64,000 nucleotides of DNA, from positions 7,554 to 71,553 of the forward strand of contig JBBSFG010000001.1 in assembly GCA_038238965.1 (NCBI GenBank), written 5' to 3'. The position numbers and the translations under genes are program-made. Below are positions 18,864 through 27,969 of the stretch, one piece after another (the first letter of the stretch is position 1; each line of letters opens with the position of its first letter). The DNA comes from Candidatus Acidiferrales bacterium (lineage in GTDB: Bacteria; Acidobacteriota; Terriglobia; Acidiferrales; UBA7541). Under the pieces are notes generated by a model, which was given only the letters and a program-made list of their open reading frames with translations, was not told where the DNA came from and searched no databases.

Positions 18864-19103
18864 GTGTTGACTATTCGTCTGGCAAGGATTGGCAAGAAGA
18901 AAAAGCCGTTTTACCGCGTGGTGGTGATTGAGCGGACCAGGCCGCGGAATGGCCGCGTGAAGGAACTGGTGGGAACGTACGACCCGTTGAAGAAGCCGGC
19001 GGAAATCAAACTGGATGCGGAGCGGATCAAGTATTGGCTCGGAGTAGGCGCGCAGCCGAGCGATACGGTGCGAAGCTTTATCAAGCTGCAAAAAATTGCG
19101 TAG
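18864..19103 (+). CDS. rpsP: 30S ribosomal protein S16
   Basis: (M)LTIRLARIGKKKKPFYRVVVIERTRPRNGRVKELVGTYDPLKKP...IKYWLGVGAQPSDTV. The GTG at 18864 lies 9 nt after GGAGG. The track ORF starts earlier, at 18834. Confidence 0.92.
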   Translation: MLTIRLARIGKKKKPFYRVVVIERTRPRNGRVKELVGTYDPLKKPAEIKLDAERIKYWLGVGAQPSDTVRSFIKLQKIA

Positions 19104-19237
19104 TTTGCGGGAATGTTCGGCAACGGCTGCTGCGATTAAAAACTTTCCATCGGCGCGCGGGTTAGGTTAGAAGCCAACCGTTTACCGGCAGGCCCGGCAC
19201 TTAGTCCCCCTAGTGACGGCTGTTTCCAGGAGCTCAC

Positions 19238-19471
19238 GTGAAGGAACTGGTAGAGACGATCGCCAGGGCGCTGGTGGACCGTCCCGAGGAAGTGCAGGTG
19301 AGGACGGTTGGGGGAGCGCAGGTCACGGTGTTGGAGCTGCGGGTGCATGCGGAAGACCTGGGCAAAGTGATCGGGCGGCAGGGGCGCACGGCGAAAGCGA
19401 TACGCACGTTGTTGAGCGCGGCAGGGTTGAAAGTGCGGAAGCGGTTCACGCTGGAAATACTGGAAGATTGA
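19238..19471 (+). CDS. khpA: KH-domain RNA-binding protein (YlqC/KhpA family)
   Basis: 77 aa: ...[26 protein letters not shown]... (GxxG KH loop). It sits in the conserved position between rpsP and rimM. The GTG start follows AGGAG. Confidence 0.85.
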   Translation: MKELVETIARALVDRPEEVQVRTVGGAQVTVLELRVHAEDLGKVIGRQGRTAKAIRTLLSAAGLKVRKRFTLEILED

Positions 19472-20133
19472 GCGGCGAGAATCCACGATGGATTGTAGTG
19501 GCGCGGGTATTGCGGCCGCGCGGGAATAAAGGCGAAGTGGCGGTGGAGCTGCTGACGGATTTTGCGGAGCGGCTGACGAAGCTAAAGGACATTTTTCTTG
19601 GGCGCGCGACGGGCGGGCCTTCTTCCGTTGTAAATTCTCCTGCGGCAAAATTCAGCGGCGCGTTTGGCGCGGATGAACCTAGCCCTATAGGCGTAAAATC
19701 CTGCTGGTTGAGCCAGAATCATCGCGGGCAGGGTGTGTTTCATTTCGTGGGCGTAAATTCCATTAACGATGCCGAGAAATTTCGAGGTCTGGATGTGTTG
19801 CTGCCCTTTGAGCAGCGGGTGACGCTGCCAGCAGGACAATATTTTGTGGCGGATTTGATTGGGTGCGTGGTTGTTGAAGTGAAGCGCGAGGTGGCGGCAG
19901 TAGCATCCTCGCCGTGTGCGATGGCGACGGCGGAATTTCTTGGGACGGTGCGGGATGTGCAGTTTCCCGGCGAGAGTGAGGGAATGCGCGGGACTCCGTT
20001 GCTGGAAGTGGAGACTGGGCAGGGCGAGTTGCTGATTCCACTGGCCGAGGATATTTGTAAGCGCATTGATATTGCGGCGCGGCGGATTGAGGTGGCGCTG
20101 CCTGAAGGTTTGCGGGAATTGAATTCGGAGTAG
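19468..20133 (+). CDS. rimM: 16S rRNA processing protein RimM
   Basis: ...[29 protein letters not shown]... plus a C-terminal PRC-barrel-like part. An in-frame TTG at 19468 overlaps the khpA stop, and an alternative GTG is at 19498. The upstream part of the track ORF (from 19213) overlaps khpA and is rejected. Confidence 0.83.
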   Translation: MSGENPRWIVVARVLRPRGNKGEVAVELLTDFAERLTKLKDIFLGRATGGPSSVVNSPAAKFSGAFGADEPSPIGVKSCWLSQNHRGQGVFHFVGVNSINDAEKFRGLDVLLPFEQRVTLPAGQYFVADLIGCVVVEVKREVAAVASSPCAMATAEFLGTVRDVQFPGESEGMRGTPLLEVETGQGELLIPLAEDICKRIDIAARRIEVALPEGLRELNSE

Positions 20134-20172
20134 AGTGGCATTTTGCTTTTTCGAAGAAGCAAGAAGAAGCAA

Positions 20173-20203
20173 GTCCCTCCGCTTCGAGTTCGGGATGACA
20201 ACG
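20173..20203 (+). repeat. type-B intergenic hairpin repeat (short variant)
   Basis: gTCCCtccgcttcgagttcGGGAtgacaacg, preceded by gaagaagcaag. It is homologous to 22081-22130, which reads agaaaaagcagATTCCtc...cGGAATgacac. Confidence 0.55.
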
Positions 20204-20271
20204 CGCCGGGCGGCGTGCGATGTTCCTGGTGATGATGAGTTGCTGTCGTTTGAAATTGTGGAATCGATAGA

Positions 20272-21069
20272 ATGCGATTTGATTTGATTACGATTTTTCC
20301 GGAGTTTTTTGCGGGTCCGCTTGAGCACGGGATCTTGCGACGCGCGCGAGAGACGGGAATTGTTGAAGTGAACGTGCAGGATTTGCGGGTGTTCACGAAG
20401 GACCGGCACCGGACGGTGGATGACCGGCCGTTTGGTGGCGGCGAAGGAATGGTGCTGAAACCTGAGCCGCTGTTTGAGGCAGTGGAACATTTGCTGGGGG
20501 CGGCAGTTGGAGACGCGGTTGAGAGGCCCGAGTTGGATGCGGGCACGGCGATCGTGCTGCTGTCGGCTTCGGGGAAGCGATTTGACCAGGCGGCGGCGCG
20601 GCGGTTTGCGGGCTTGTCGCGAATGATCCTGATTTGTGGTCGGTATGAAGGTGTGGATGAGCGCGTGGCGGAACATCTGGCGACTGACGAGATTTCGATT
20701 GGGGATTTTGTGTTGAGCGGCGGCGAGTTGCCTGCGATTATGATCGTGGATGCGGTTACGCGGCTGTTGCCGGGGTCGTTGGGGAATGAAGCGTCAACGC
20801 AGAATGAGTCGTTCAATACGTCTGATGCCGAAGCCAATACTTCAGCAGATTTGCGATCCAAATCCTCAGGACCACAAATGTTGCTGGATTTTCCGCACTA
20901 CACGAGGCCGGCGGAATATCGCGGCTGGAAGGTCCCTGGCGTGTTGATTGGCGGAAATCACGCGGAAGTAGCAGCATGGCGTCGAGCCGCGGCATTAAAG
21001 AAGACGCGAGAGAATCGTCCCGACCTCATGATAATCAATCTCGATACTAAATCCGAGGGGATGTGCTGA
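20272..21069 (+). CDS. trmD: tRNA (guanine37-N1)-methyltransferase
   Basis: MRFDLITIFPEFFAGPLEHGILRRA...DRHRTVDDRPFGGGEGMVL...ICGRYEGVDERV...EISIGDFVLSGGELPA... Confidence 0.93.
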   Translation: MRFDLITIFPEFFAGPLEHGILRRARETGIVEVNVQDLRVFTKDRHRTVDDRPFGGGEGMVLKPEPLFEAVEHLLGAAVGDAVERPELDAGTAIVLLSASGKRFDQAAARRFAGLSRMILICGRYEGVDERVAEHLATDEISIGDFVLSGGELPAIMIVDAVTRLLPGSLGNEASTQNESFNTSDAEANTSADLRSKSSGPQMLLDFPHYTRPAEYRGWKVPGVLIGGNHAEVAAWRRAAALKKTRENRPDLMIINLDTKSEGMC

Positions 21070-21407
21070 AACCTGAGCAGCGGATCGTCACGAAACTGCC
21101 TCTCGCCGAACTCTGGGACGAAAGGGGCACATTAACCGATGGCCGCGTCAGGAACCTTGATCAGAATAATCTTGCTGAGCTTCTTCGTCCTCGACCTATT
21201 CAATTCGTGATCGCCGATGTCGGTAAAAAGCTTGTTTGGATACCGACACAGGATCGGTTTGATTTCTGGAAAACCGTACGACCTCAGATTGGCGATTCGT
21301 CCGGACCCATTTACCTCGAACAATTTCCCAGCAAGACTGCCTACACAGCGTCTGAGTGGCGCGGGCGTACTGGCGAGAGTTTGATCGTGCTCGAAAAGCA
21401 TCACTGA
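21063..21407 (+). CDS. hypothetical protein (114 aa) inserted between trmD and rplS
   Basis: The GTG start overlaps the end of trmD by 7 nt. I recognise no family. GC is visibly lower than in the flanking ribosomal genes. Confidence 0.5.
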   Translation: MLKPEQRIVTKLPLAELWDERGTLTDGRVRNLDQNNLAELLRPRPIQFVIADVGKKLVWIPTQDRFDFWKTVRPQIGDSSGPIYLEQFPSKTAYTASEWRGRTGESLIVLEKHH

Positions 21408-21561
21408 AAAACACTGAAACTTCCACATCTGTTGAACAGCTTCGAATCCCAGTTGCCGACCAGAACGAAATGGGTGGCGGGATTAGTGCGGGATTGGCTA
21501 TAATTGTGGATTGGGCTTGGTGTGCTGGCACCGCTTGAGCGGGTCTGCAGGGAAAACGACA

Positions 21562-21963
21562 ATGAATCCGGTAATACGAAAATTGCATGAAGCGCAACTG
21601 CGCAAAGATTTGCCCGAGTTTCGTCCGGGGGACAGCGTGCGTGTGAACGTGCGGCTGAAGGAAGGCGAAGGCGAGAAGGAAAAAGAGCGCCTGCAGGCCT
21701 TTGAGGGCGTGGTGATCTCGAAGAAGGGTCGCGCATCGGGCGCGACGTTTACGGTGCGGCGCGTGAGTTTTGGCGTGGGCATCGAGCGGATATTTCCGCT
21801 GCATTCGCCGTCGATCAGCTCGATCGACGTGGTGGGCCGTGGGAAAGTGCGGCGTGCGCGGCTTTATTATTTGCGTGAATTGAAGGGTAAGGCGGCACGC
21901 ATCAAGCGGGCCGCGCGGGAAGAGGCTCCTGCCGCGAAAGCGGCTGTTGAAGCCAAGGCGTGA
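21562..21963 (+). CDS. rplS: 50S ribosomal protein L19
   Basis: [83 protein letters not shown]... The internal ATG 21562 of the track ORF is used. Confidence 0.93.
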   Translation: MNPVIRKLHEAQLRKDLPEFRPGDSVRVNVRLKEGEGEKEKERLQAFEGVVISKKGRASGATFTVRRVSFGVGIERIFPLHSPSISSIDVVGRGKVRRARLYYLRELKGKAARIKRAAREEAPAAKAAVEAKA

Positions 21964-22038
21964 TTTGATTGGAACTCGTCGAGGTTGGAAGAAAGCTTCT
22001 GCTACGATCAGTGGTTCTCGATGTTCCTACGTTAAGAA

Positions 22039-22130
22039 CCCACCTTCAAAAACCTAGGGTGGGGCACACGCGAAAAGAAGAGAAAAAGCAGATTCCTCAC
22101 GCGCCGCGACGCTGCGATTCGGAATGACAC
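22039..22130 (+). repeat. composite intergenic repeat: type-A hairpin + type-B hairpin
   Basis: Type A is CCCACC (22039-44) ... GGTGGG (22058-63) followed by GCACAC. Type B is gATTCCtcacgcgccgcgacgctgcgattcGGAATgacac (22091-22130). Confidence 0.6.
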
Positions 22131-22280
22131 GTTTTGCTGAATGGTTGAGAGCGAGATCGGGAAGCAACCGCTTGATTCGCCGCTGCCGACGACCTGCGTT
22201 TCGCTGCACATTTTTGAATGATCGCGCGATAAATCGCGTACTGTGATCGTTCCATTCACGAATAAACAGAAGGACGGTTG

Positions 22281-23717
22281 ATGCGGCTACGGATAAGTCC
22301 TGTTTTCTCGCTATTTTCCTGGCTGATTTTCTGCGCGGGCCTGGCGTTGCCATCTTGCGCGTCGACTGAAGTGCGGGATGCCAAACCTTTGCAGGACGGC
22401 ATTCCGCTGAAGCAGCCGGACGCGCGGTACAAGGCGGACATTTTGCTGGTGGTGGCGCATCCGGACGATGAAGGGGCGGCAACGGCCTATCTGGCGCGGG
22501 CGATCGATGAAGGGAAACGCGTGGCGGTGGTGTATGGCACGCGAGGAAGCAGCGGGGCCAACGAAGTGGGCGCGGAACAAGCGGCGGCGCTGGGGGCGAT
22601 CCGCGAAATTGAAGCGCGACACGCGCTGATGCTGCTGGGAATCGAGAATGTGTGGTTTCTGGACGGCAAAGACACCGCTTCGCAAAATGTGCTGCAGTCA
22701 CTTTCGAACTGGAGTCATGGCGAAACCCTGCAGCAACTGGTGCGGCTGATGCGCTTGACGCGTCCTGAGGTGGTACTGGCGTTTCTACCGGGGACGTTCG
22801 TTGGCGAGGATCATGGCGATCACCAGGCGTCCGGTGTGCTGGCGACGGAGGCGTTCGATCTGAGCGGCGATCCGGCGACGTATCCCGAACAGCTTGCGGG
22901 ACCAACGAAACGCCTGGAGCCGCTGCTGGATAATTTGCGGCCCTGGCAGCCGAAGAAGATTTATTACTTCGCAGACGCGGATAGGGACGAGCTTTTTCGC
23001 GGACTGGGACCGGAATATTCGGTGACGGAAATATCGAAATCAAGCAAACAGCCTTACTGGGGCAGCGCGCTCGATGGGTACCTGGCGCATAAGACGCAGG
23101 CCAGCGGGTTTGCGGAATCACTGAAGGGATTGAACAGTGCGCAACTCGAGAAACTGATTACCTCGGTGGGATATTGGGGTGATGCACTGCGCTTTGTCCG
23201 CGGAAAATCGCTGGTGGGCGGCACGGCGGCGGGGGATGTATTTGAAAATGTGACCGGCGAGGCAATTGCGTTTGCGCGGCCGGAAATCACGCCAGAACCG
23301 CAGCGCGCGGAGCTGGCGGTGGAGCTTGCGGGGCCGTGGAGTTTTTATGAGGAGTTTCGGCGCGCGCACGGACTGAATCGTCTACCGCATCCGGAGCCGC
23401 CGGAGATTGCGTTGCAACTGGGGACAACACTGGTGATTCCCTTGCGGGTGAGAAATCAAACATCGAGTACGAAGGAGATCAGCTTGTCGGTGGATTTGCC
23501 GGCAGGTTGGGCGTTACAAAGTGGCGCGGGGAAATTTTCGATTGGCGCGAAACAGACGGCGGCGGCGCGGATGGAAGTGAGCTTGCCGGGGGCCGGCACG
23601 GACGCGAGCAAGAAGGACTTTTTGCAGGAAATTACAGTGCGCGCGGAATCGGGCGGACGAGTAATTGGTGAGGTGAAACTGCGGGTGGAATTGCGAAAGC
23701 GGGCGTTGCCGCAGTAG
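22281..23717 (+). CDS. secreted PIG-L/LmbE-family deacetylase with a C-terminal beta-sandwich domain
   Basis: It has a signal peptide, then ILLVVAHPDDEGAATAYLA ... HGDHQASG (the PIG-L zinc-site motifs). The C-terminal roughly 130 aa are repeat/sandwich-like. Confidence 0.8.
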   Translation: MRLRISPVFSLFSWLIFCAGLALPSCASTEVRDAKPLQDGIPLKQPDARYKADILLVVAHPDDEGAATAYLARAIDEGKRVAVVYGTRGSSGANEVGAEQAAALGAIREIEARHALMLLGIENVWFLDGKDTASQNVLQSLSNWSHGETLQQLVRLMRLTRPEVVLAFLPGTFVGEDHGDHQASGVLATEAFDLSGDPATYPEQLAGPTKRLEPLLDNLRPWQPKKIYYFADADRDELFRGLGPEYSVTEISKSSKQPYWGSALDGYLAHKTQASGFAESLKGLNSAQLEKLITSVGYWGDALRFVRGKSLVGGTAAGDVFENVTGEAIAFARPEITPEPQRAELAVELAGPWSFYEEFRRAHGLNRLPHPEPPEIALQLGTTLVIPLRVRNQTSSTKEISLSVDLPAGWALQSGAGKFSIGAKQTAAARMEVSLPGAGTDASKKDFLQEITVRAESGGRVIGEVKLRVELRKRALPQ

Positions 23718-23782
23718 ATGAACTGGATGTTCGATGTTAGAACAAAAAGAATTGATAGCGGCTTGTGCGAAGATCGAAGAGA

Positions 23783-23864
23783 GATTCCTCCGCTGCGCAA
23801 GTCGACAACTTCGCAGGAGCGAAGTTGGGGAAAAGCTTCGACTCGCTTCGCGTCGGAATGACAC
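23783..23864 (+). repeat. type-B intergenic hairpin repeat (long variant with an internal palindrome)
   Basis: gATTCCtccgctgcgcaagtcgacaacttcgcagg...cgcttcgcgtcGGAATgacac. The tail ...tagttgccaagatcaa (23886-23900) recurs at 27659-27674. Confidence 0.55.
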
Positions 23865-23894
23865 GCCTGGGCTGTAAAGCGCGATAGTTGCCAA

Positions 23895-23916
23895 GATCAA
23901 CCGACGGGGGTTGATC
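23895..23916. terminator. perfect 8-bp stem hairpin between the convergent PIG-L and SDR genes
   Basis: GATCAACC-gacggg-GGTTGATC. There is no U-tract. Its position suits a bidirectional terminator or RNA-stability element. Confidence 0.35.
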
Positions 23917-23980
23917 GCCCGAACAACGGTAACCCCGCAAGTTTGGACGACGAACTTCTAAAGTCCATCAGGCGAAGCCT

Positions 23981-24847
23981 TCAGGGTTTTTTCTGGCGGG
24001 CGGATTCCATGGTTTCCCAGGCGGAATCGGAAAGCATGGCCAGGTCGTTGAATTCGCCGGCGCCGCGCAGCCACTGGCCGCCGTCGATTACCACGCATTC
24101 CCCATTGATGTAGGGCGACAAATCGCTGATGACGAAGGCGGCGAGATTGGTGAGTTCTTCGTGGCGGCCGAAGCGCTTCAGCGGATTGGCGTTTTTACGG
24201 TGCTCTTCCATTTCCGGGGAAGGCATGAGGCGGGACCACGCGCCTTCGGTGGGAAAGGGGCCGGGCGCGATGGCGTTCAGGCGGATCTTGTATTTGCCCC
24301 ACTCCACGGCGAGGGACCTGGTGAGCGCGAGGACTCCAGCCTTGGCGCACGCTGAAGGTACGACGAAGCCCGAGCCGCAATTTGCGGCAGCGTAGGTAGT
24401 GACGATGCTGAGGACGTGGCCGGATTGTTTTTTTTCGATCCAGCGCTTGCCGAAAATTTGGGTGCAATGGAAACTGCCGTTGAGGACGATGCCGACGACG
24501 GCGTTGAAGGCGTTGGGAGTGAGTTTTTCGGTGCGAGCCATAAAATTGCCGGCGGCGTTGTTGATCACGATGTTAATTTCGCCGACCTGGGATTCTGCGG
24601 TTTGGGCGGCGGCTTCGACAGCGGCGTAATCGCGAACGTCGCAACTCGCGTAAGCGGCGGTGCCGCCTGCTTTCTCGATTTCATCGCAGACGGATTTGAG
24701 GGGTTCGGGGCGGCGTCCGATGATGAAGATGTGGGCTCCGAGGCTGGAGAAGTGCAGGGCCATGGAGCGGCCGAGTCCTGAGCCGCCGCCGGTAAGGAAA
24801 ATGTTTTTGGAGGCTAGTAAATTTTTCTGAAACAAGACGGGCCTCAA
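23981..24847 (-). CDS. SDR-family oxidoreductase (2,4-dienoyl-CoA-reductase-like)
   Basis: 288 aa. Motifs: TGGGSGLGRSMA (Rossmann), NNAAGNF, and SACAKAGVLALTRSLAVEW in the active-site region. The start is TTG and uncertain. Confidence 0.82.
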   Translation of the reverse strand: MRPVLFQKNLLASKNIFLTGGGSGLGRSMALHFSSLGAHIFIIGRRPEPLKSVCDEIEKAGGTAAYASCDVRDYAAVEAAAQTAESQVGEINIVINNAAGNFMARTEKLTPNAFNAVVGIVLNGSFHCTQIFGKRWIEKKQSGHVLSIVTTYAAANCGSGFVVPSACAKAGVLALTRSLAVEWGKYKIRLNAIAPGPFPTEGAWSRLMPSPEMEEHRKNANPLKRFGRHEELTNLAAFVISDLSPYINGECVVIDGGQWLRGAGEFNDLAMLSDSAWETMESARQKKP

Positions 24848-24875
24848 GAGTGGCGAAGCGGTGCTCGATCATTTG

Positions 24876-24915
24876 CAAAATCCCCACACGCAACTGCGGC
24901 GTGTCGGGCACCCGG
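24876..24915 (+). repeat. type-A intergenic hairpin repeat
   Basis: AAAATCCCC-ACACGC-aactgcg-GCGTGT-cGGGCACCCgGTAG. It has the same architecture and flanks as 18707-18750. Confidence 0.55.
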
Positions 24916-24980
24916 TAGCTGTTTATTTTCAATCCTGCAAAATTAGAAACCCTAAATCTTTGGCTTGAACACCTGTAAAA

Positions 24981-27020
24981 CTACCAGATTTTGCAAGCTT
25001 GTTCGCGGACCATGCGGTCGCCTTTTTTGCAGCCGAAGGCGGCAGCGAAGGCGGCGGTGTCCGATAGCGGCCCGTTGGCGCGGAAGCGCGCGAGCGGGTG
25101 AGGATTGGTGTTGGCCTGCAGGCGCGCGGCTTCAGGACGCTGGTTGGTACCCCAAACTTGCGCCCAGCCGAGGAAGAAGCGCTGCTCGGGGGTGAAGCCG
25201 TCGAGATCCTTGGGATGAGGCTTCCCTTCCAGGGATTTTTCGTAAGCGGCATAGGCGATGGCCAGGCCACCGAGATCGCCGATGCTTTCGCCGAGGACCA
25301 GCTTGCCATTCTGATGCAAGCCGGGCTCGACTTCGTAAGCGTCGAATTGTTTTTCGACGCAGGTGGCGCGTTCATCAAAATTTTTGCGATCGTCGCTATT
25401 CCACCAGTTGCGCAGGTTCCCGTGAGGATCAAACTGTGAGCCCTGGTCGTCGAAGCCATGTGACATTTCGTGGCCGATCACGGCGCCCATGCCTCCGTAG
25501 TTGATGGCGTCGTCGGCCTTGGGGTCATAAAAAGGCGGCTGGAGGATGCCCGCGGGGAAAACAATTTCGTTCATGAGCGGATTGTAATAGGCGTTGACGG
25601 TGGGGGGAGTCATGCCCCATTCGTTGCGGTCGACGGGTTTGCCGATTTTGGCGAGTTCGCGAAAATTTTCAAATGTAGAGGCGCGACGGACATTTTCGGC
25701 GTAGGAGTTGCGATCGATCTTGAGCTTGGAATAATCGCGCCATTTATCGGGATAGCCGATTTTGACGTTGAAGGCTTCCATTTTGTCGATGGCGGCCTTT
25801 TTTGTTTCCGGGCTCATCCAGGAAAGCGTGGGGATATCGGAGCGCAGCGCGGAGAGCAGGTTGTGAACCATTTCGAGGGCGTGATCTTTGGCGGCGGGTG
25901 GAAAATATTTTTCGACGTACACCTGGCCGAGGGCCTCGCCGACGTTGCGATTGACGGATTGCACGCAACGCTTCCAGCGGGGCTGAAGTTCAGCGGTGCC
26001 CGAGAGACGCTTGCCGTAGAAGTTAAAATTTTCCTGCACGAAGGTTTCACTAAGACCGGGCGCGGAAGCATGGATCAGGTGCCAGCGGAGATAGGTTTTC
26101 CAATCGGCGAGCGGTGTGGCGCTGAGTTGATGGTCCATTTCCTTGAAAAAATCAGGTTGGCCAATGTTGGTTTCCGAAAGGCCGGGCAGGCCGACGTCAT
26201 TGAAGAAGGAATCCCAGGACCAGCCGGGAGTGAGTTTTTTTAGTTCGGTTGCGGAAAGCTTGTGGTAATTGGCCTGCGGATCGCGCAACTGCACGCGGGT
26301 GAGCGAAGCTTTCGCCAGGGCCGTTTCGAGATTCATTATCGTCTGGGCTTCGGCGGCGGATTTTTCGGCGGAGTCGCCGGCAAGTTGAAGCATTTTTGCT
26401 ACGTGTTCGACGTACGCGGCGCGGAGTTGCTTGGAGCGGTCGTCGTCCCGCAGATAGTAATCGCGGTCGGGCATGCCCAGGCCGCCCTGGTCGGCGTCGC
26501 CGATCACGCGGGTGCTGTCGGCAAAATCCTGCGTGGAACTGAAATCGAAAAGCGCCTGAATATCTTCATTGTGCAGGTCGGCAATTTGCGAGAGTAAATC
26601 AGCGGGGCTGTTCATAGCATTGATGGCGGAGAGTTGCACCGCGAGCGGCTTAATGCCGGCAGCCTCGATTGCGGCGGTATCCATGCAACTGGCATAGAAG
26701 TCGCCAACCTTCTGCTCATTGGGTTTGCGGCCATCAAGGGGCTTGGCGGAGTCCTCGGTTATCTGGCGAAGCTCGGCGAGATTTTTTTCCTGAAGCTCGG
26801 CGCTGGTGCTCCAAGCGGGACGGTCGGCGGGAATGGGATTGTTCTTCATCCAGCCGCCCATGGCGAACTGGTAGAAATCGTCGCAAGGCTTGCAGGATTT
26901 ATCGAGATTGGAGTCGGCGAATCCCCAGGGTGAAGAAGTGTCCGCGAGAAGTAGAGCGCCGAATCCCGCGAGAACCAGAGCAATGAGCAGAACAGAAACT
27001 TTGAGGAGCTTATTTTTCAC
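24981..27020 (-). CDS. pepO: M13-family zinc metallopeptidase (PepO / endothelin-converting-enzyme-like)
   Basis: 679 aa with a signal anchor. Motifs: NAYYNPLMNEIVFPAGILQPPF, the HExxH site VIGHEMSHGFD, GESIGDLGG, and the C-terminal ...CKIW. Confidence 0.9.
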   Translation of the reverse strand: MKNKLLKVSVLLIALVLAGFGALLLADTSSPWGFADSNLDKSCKPCDDFYQFAMGGWMKNNPIPADRPAWSTSAELQEKNLAELRQITEDSAKPLDGRKPNEQKVGDFYASCMDTAAIEAAGIKPLAVQLSAINAMNSPADLLSQIADLHNEDIQALFDFSSTQDFADSTRVIGDADQGGLGMPDRDYYLRDDDRSKQLRAAYVEHVAKMLQLAGDSAEKSAAEAQTIMNLETALAKASLTRVQLRDPQANYHKLSATELKKLTPGWSWDSFFNDVGLPGLSETNIGQPDFFKEMDHQLSATPLADWKTYLRWHLIHASAPGLSETFVQENFNFYGKRLSGTAELQPRWKRCVQSVNRNVGEALGQVYVEKYFPPAAKDHALEMVHNLLSALRSDIPTLSWMSPETKKAAIDKMEAFNVKIGYPDKWRDYSKLKIDRNSYAENVRRASTFENFRELAKIGKPVDRNEWGMTPPTVNAYYNPLMNEIVFPAGILQPPFYDPKADDAINYGGMGAVIGHEMSHGFDDQGSQFDPHGNLRNWWNSDDRKNFDERATCVEKQFDAYEVEPGLHQNGKLVLGESIGDLGGLAIAYAAYEKSLEGKPHPKDLDGFTPEQRFFLGWAQVWGTNQRPEAARLQANTNPHPLARFRANGPLSDTAAFAAAFGCKKGDRMVREQACKIW

Positions 27021-27090
27021 GAGCCACCTTTTGGATAACGGATTTGGGAAACAGTAGAGATTTCTCTACCGAAGGATCGATAAGACAAAG

Positions 27091-27564
27091 TCACCGGGGA
27101 GGAAGCGGAGTTTGGTATTTGCTAACATCAACGGATTGCCATTCGCCGCGGGTGATGCCATCGCGGATCTGGGCGGGAGTTTTTCCCTTACGGGACTGCT
27201 CGTAGGAGTAGAGATCCTCCCGGATGCAGATCTGGCAACCGGAGCCGTGTTTGCTGGCGAAGCAGTCCAGGAGACTGGCGTGCCCCTGACTGCGATCGCA
27301 GTGGCAATAGCAAGGCTCCTGATAGAGGACGTTTTTGACACGGCCGGCCGCAGTGTAAGCGTTTTGGACTAGCGGATCGGAAAAACTGGCCGGGCTCAAC
27401 GTCGGCGGGAGGGCTCCGGTTGGAGGCTGAGGGTGGAAGGCGGGGATGTCGTTGTCATCGGACTGTGCGGGTGCGCTGGATAAAGATTTTTGCGGCAACA
27501 ACAGTAGAGCGAGCGCGAGACCGAAAAGGACGAGCAAGGCGGAAGATTTCTGAATCAGACGCAT
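27091..27564 (-). CDS. secreted Cys-rich protein, PCYCGC-motif-like (here PCYCHC)
   Basis: The internal ATG 27564 has a GGAG 6 nt upstream and gives the signal peptide MRLIQKSSALLVLFGLALALLLL. The Cys-rich region is ...LYQEPCYCHCDRSQGHASLLDCFASKHGSGCQICI... Confidence 0.6.
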   Translation of the reverse strand: MRLIQKSSALLVLFGLALALLLLPQKSLSSAPAQSDDNDIPAFHPQPPTGALPPTLSPASFSDPLVQNAYTAAGRVKNVLYQEPCYCHCDRSQGHASLLDCFASKHGSGCQICIREDLYSYEQSRKGKTPAQIRDGITRGEWQSVDVSKYQTPLPPR

Positions 27565-27658
27565 GACTGACTCCAGTTTGTACGCAAGTATTGCGGTGGC
27601 AGGTTGAGCCACTTATTACTGTACGGTGTACGGGACAAAAATTCCACACGTAGCTGAG

Positions 27659-27772
27659 TAGTTGCCGAGATCAATTGAACACCCTTCTCCCGCTAATGAG
27701 AGCTAGGGTTATAGCAGGTTACTCAGCCGCAAAAGGCGCGGGATTCGGAATGAGTCGTTTGGGTAGTTGCCG
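27659..27772 (+). repeat. composite intergenic repeat (tail motif + A-like hairpin + half B hairpin + tail motif)
   Basis: tagttgccgagatcaa, then cACCCTtctc...gagagctAGGGT, then ggattcGGAATgagtcgtttgg, then gtagttgccg. The 10-nt gtagttgccg occurs at both ends (27658-67 and 27763-72). Confidence 0.5.
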
Positions 27773-27930
27773 CACGAGGACGGAATTTGGCGTGGCGAAG
27801 GTATCCGGAGCGTGGTGGGCAGCATCTTAGAGCGATTGGAAGTCATGGATGGAAGCGGAACCGCGAGCGTTGAAAAGGTTCAGTCCAGGGGGGAGTTGAC
27901 TGTGAAGCGGCACGAAAACGGTAGTCCTAC

Positions 27931-27958
27931 TTGACGCGGAGCCGCTTTTCGGTAAACT
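27931..27958 (+). promoter_or_regulatory. candidate sigma70-type promoter (TTGACG-16 nt-TAAACT)
   Basis: The -35 is at 27931-36 and the -10 at 27953-58. This would give a very short leader for the ATG at 27970. Confidence 0.3.
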
Positions 27959-27969
27959 GCATTTTCTTT

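Noticed and set aside
18676-27772. The intergenic repeats as a CRISPR array.
   Set aside because: The copies are kilobases apart and separated by genes. They are imperfect and of variable architecture, and no cas genes are present.
27658-27772. A MITE with a 10-bp target-site duplication.
   Set aside because: There are no terminal inverted repeats inside the direct repeats. The 10-mer belongs to a tail motif that also follows the repeat at 23886-23900, so partial tandem duplication explains it better.
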